Shown here: one piece after another, positions 61,771-64,000 of the stretch
Position numbering within the stretch: position 1 is the first letter of the stretch
Layout: every line of letters begins with the position of its first letter
The notes under the pieces: model-generated
What the model was told of the DNA's origin: nothing
The model's input: only the letters and a program-made list of their open reading frames with translations
Databases searched by the model: none
NCBI RefSeq assembly: GCF_006345805.1
Contig: NC_042999.1
Span: forward strand, 62,001-126,000
DNA: 64,000 bases
Origin: Octopus sinensis
Taxonomy: Eukaryota
Reading direction: 5' to 3'
Position numbers and translations under genes: made by a program

Positions 61771-62549
61771 ACAACTATACACACACACACACACACACGC
61801 ACATACATACACGCATCTAAATGTACAGACATTGTCAAACACATATATGAACACGCACACACATTCATATATGATACTAGAAGTAACCAAAACACACACA
61901 CATAGTTCTTTGTATGAGATTGTGGGCGAATACACTCACGTTTTTAAGCTTATATGAAAATATTATATTAATCAATATCACATCTGTTAAATGCGATTTA
62001 ACCTAAGTCTCCTTCTTTGTTTCTCTTATACTGACGCTCTCTGTTTCTCTCTTCAACACAACTGGTCTTACACCATGCTGACATTTACACAGTGTTACTG
62101 TAACCAGAACCAGCTGGCATCCAACAATATAATGAAATTATTAGCACTTTCAATGACATGTTTTCTTGTGTTTCACTGGCCTTTTATGACAAAGCCACTA
62201 ATCAATACTGACCTTAATTCTAATCTAGAGATATTTGTATCACTTAGGTTACTAGGGTACCTTTAAAATATCAGAGAATTTCTACCAGTTTTCAGTCTCA
62301 TTGCAGTAAAGAAATTCTATTATATTTCATCTTCTCAAAGATCTTTAGTTTGAATAAATCAATCAATATTTTTGACTGAGAGGTTAAAGTAGTGGACAGA
62401 CAGATATTTGAGTTGTGAGTTGTAATGTTCGTGTCTTTAAAACTTGAAAGACTATTGAAAACTTGTGAATGCTTGACGTTACAGGTAGTAACCCGCTAAC
62501 CAATTAAATTTTACCAGGAATAAGAACGAACCTGAGCTAAATCATCATC

Positions 62550-62580
<31 letters not shown>

Positions 62581-62584
62581 GTAA

Positions 62585-63030
62585 TCCTTTCTACTATGAG
62601 CACAACACCTGGAATTTGAGAGGAGGAGGAGGGGATAGTCGATTACATCGACGTCACAACATGACTGGTACTTAATTCATTGACCCCCGAAACGATGAAA
62701 GGCAAAGTCGACCTCGGCGGAATTTGAACTCAGAGCGTAGCGACGGGCGAAATACCTATTTCTTTATTACCCACAAGGGGTTAAACACAGAGGGGACAAA
62801 CAAGGACAGACATAGGTATTAAGTCGATTACATCGACCCCAGTGCGTAACTGGTACTTAATTTATCGACCCCGAAAGGATGAAAGGTAAAGTCAACCTCG
62901 GCGGAATTTGAACTCACAACGTAACGACAAGCGAAATACCGTTAAGCAGTTCGCCCGGCGTGCTATCGTTTCTGCCAGCTCTCCACGGGCGAAATACCGC
63001 TAAGCATTTCACTCGGTGTGCTAAAGATTC
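62585..63030 (-). mobile_element. SINE family B tandem array
   Basis: Two units plus heads, reverse orientation. Confidence 0.85.
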
Positions 63031-63032
63031 TG

Positions 63033-63074
<42 letters not shown>

Positions 63075-63085
63075 TAATAATAATA

Positions 63086-63492
63086 GAGACAGAGAATAGG
63101 AAGCCAGACATAGTCTTAATTGAGAAAGAAAACCTATGCTGGATCATAGATATAGTATGCCCAGCTGACAACAAGGTATGCGATAAAGAAGAAAGAAAAG
63201 TCGATAGATATGACAGGTTAGCTTGGGAGGTTAAGCAGTTGTGGTCGATGAAAATGGCAGCAGTAGTACCAATAATTGTCGGAGCCCTGGGAACGGTGAG
63301 CAAAAATCTTGAGAGGTACGTGGAACAAATAGGAGCTGCAATAAGGGTGGAGCACTTGCAGAAAACAGCACGGCTTGGAACCGCTGGAATAATCCGGAAG
63401 GTGATCGAAAATTAAGGGGTGTCACCTTAGTTCACTGGTAGTGAACAGCTGACACTGTAGCACATCTCCAGTGTTAGAAGCTGTGCAAAAGC
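63086..63492 (+). mobile_element. R4/Dong-type non-LTR retrotransposon 3' fragment (RLE endonuclease) after (AAT)n
   Basis: RKPDIVLIEKENLCWIIDIVCPAD...KVDRYDRLAWEVKQLW...VVPIIVGALG...LQKTARLGTAGIIRKV* (PD-D motif); stop at 63413-63415. Confidence 0.88.
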
Positions 63493-63709
63493 AATGATAA
63501 TAATAATTATAAACTTTTCTACTAAAGGCCCAAGGCCTAAAATTTTGTGGGAAGTAACTAGTCAATTACATCGACTGCAGTACTCAACTGGTACTTAATT
63601 TAATCTGTTTAATCTGTTTAAGTTATATAAAGCTTGAATCCAATGTATGGAAATACAAGCAAATTCTACTGCCTTCATGATAACTGAGATATATCCGTTT
63701 CAAATTTTG

Positions 63710-63910
63710 GCCCAGGATTAGCAAATTCGGGTGAAGTTGTGAGTCACTTACATCGATTCCGATTCTCGACTAATATTTATTTTATGGACTTCGTAAAGAT
63801 GAAGGACATAGCCGACCTCGGTGACATTCGAACTCAAAAAGTAAAATCGGGCGAAATGCCGCTTAGCACTTTCTCTGGCGTGCTAACGATTCTGCCAGAT
63901 CGCCGCTTTA
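63710..63910 (-). mobile_element. SINE family B, degenerate
   Basis: Reverse orientation, head at the right. Confidence 0.7.
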
Positions 63911-64000
63911 CAACCGATCACTATCGATGATTGGTATTACCGATACGTTCGATCACATTTGATTGTTTCTGAGAGTACCGATCAGATTTCTATCGCAGCC

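Noticed and set aside
62960-63085. N-terminus of the 151-aa ORF as a real gene start
   Set aside because: Composed of SINE sequence and (AAT)n; only the part from about 63086 is retrotransposon coding remnant.

Overview
AT-rich, microsatellite-dense animal genomic DNA. The repeat repertoire suggests an octopus or other coleoid cephalopod, which is inference only. The only host gene I can identify is IFT122: its last two coding exons lie on + at 4688-4855 and 7606-7689 (stop). A probable RFX/NF-Y promoter at about 13.5-13.8 kb has no identifiable gene. The rest is mostly mobile DNA: several tRNA-derived SINE families (one forming head-to-tail arrays), fragments of RTE, CR1-group and R4/Dong-type LINEs, Penelope-like element (PLE) remnants, non-autonomous Helitrons, mariner and piggyBac-type MITEs, and long foldback hairpins. 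The main hidden signal is a set of type I hammerhead ribozyme (HHR) motifs found by hand. Five keep the catalytic core, all three helices and a short (near-)palindromic stem III: 30428-30497 (-), 38499-38559, 38981-39071, 41361-41406 and 56631-56689. About ten more are degenerate or variant copies. Several sit in PLE-type termini or foldbacks. Most long ORFs in the supplied track are microsatellite artefacts. Element boundaries are approximate, and nothing was checked against a database.
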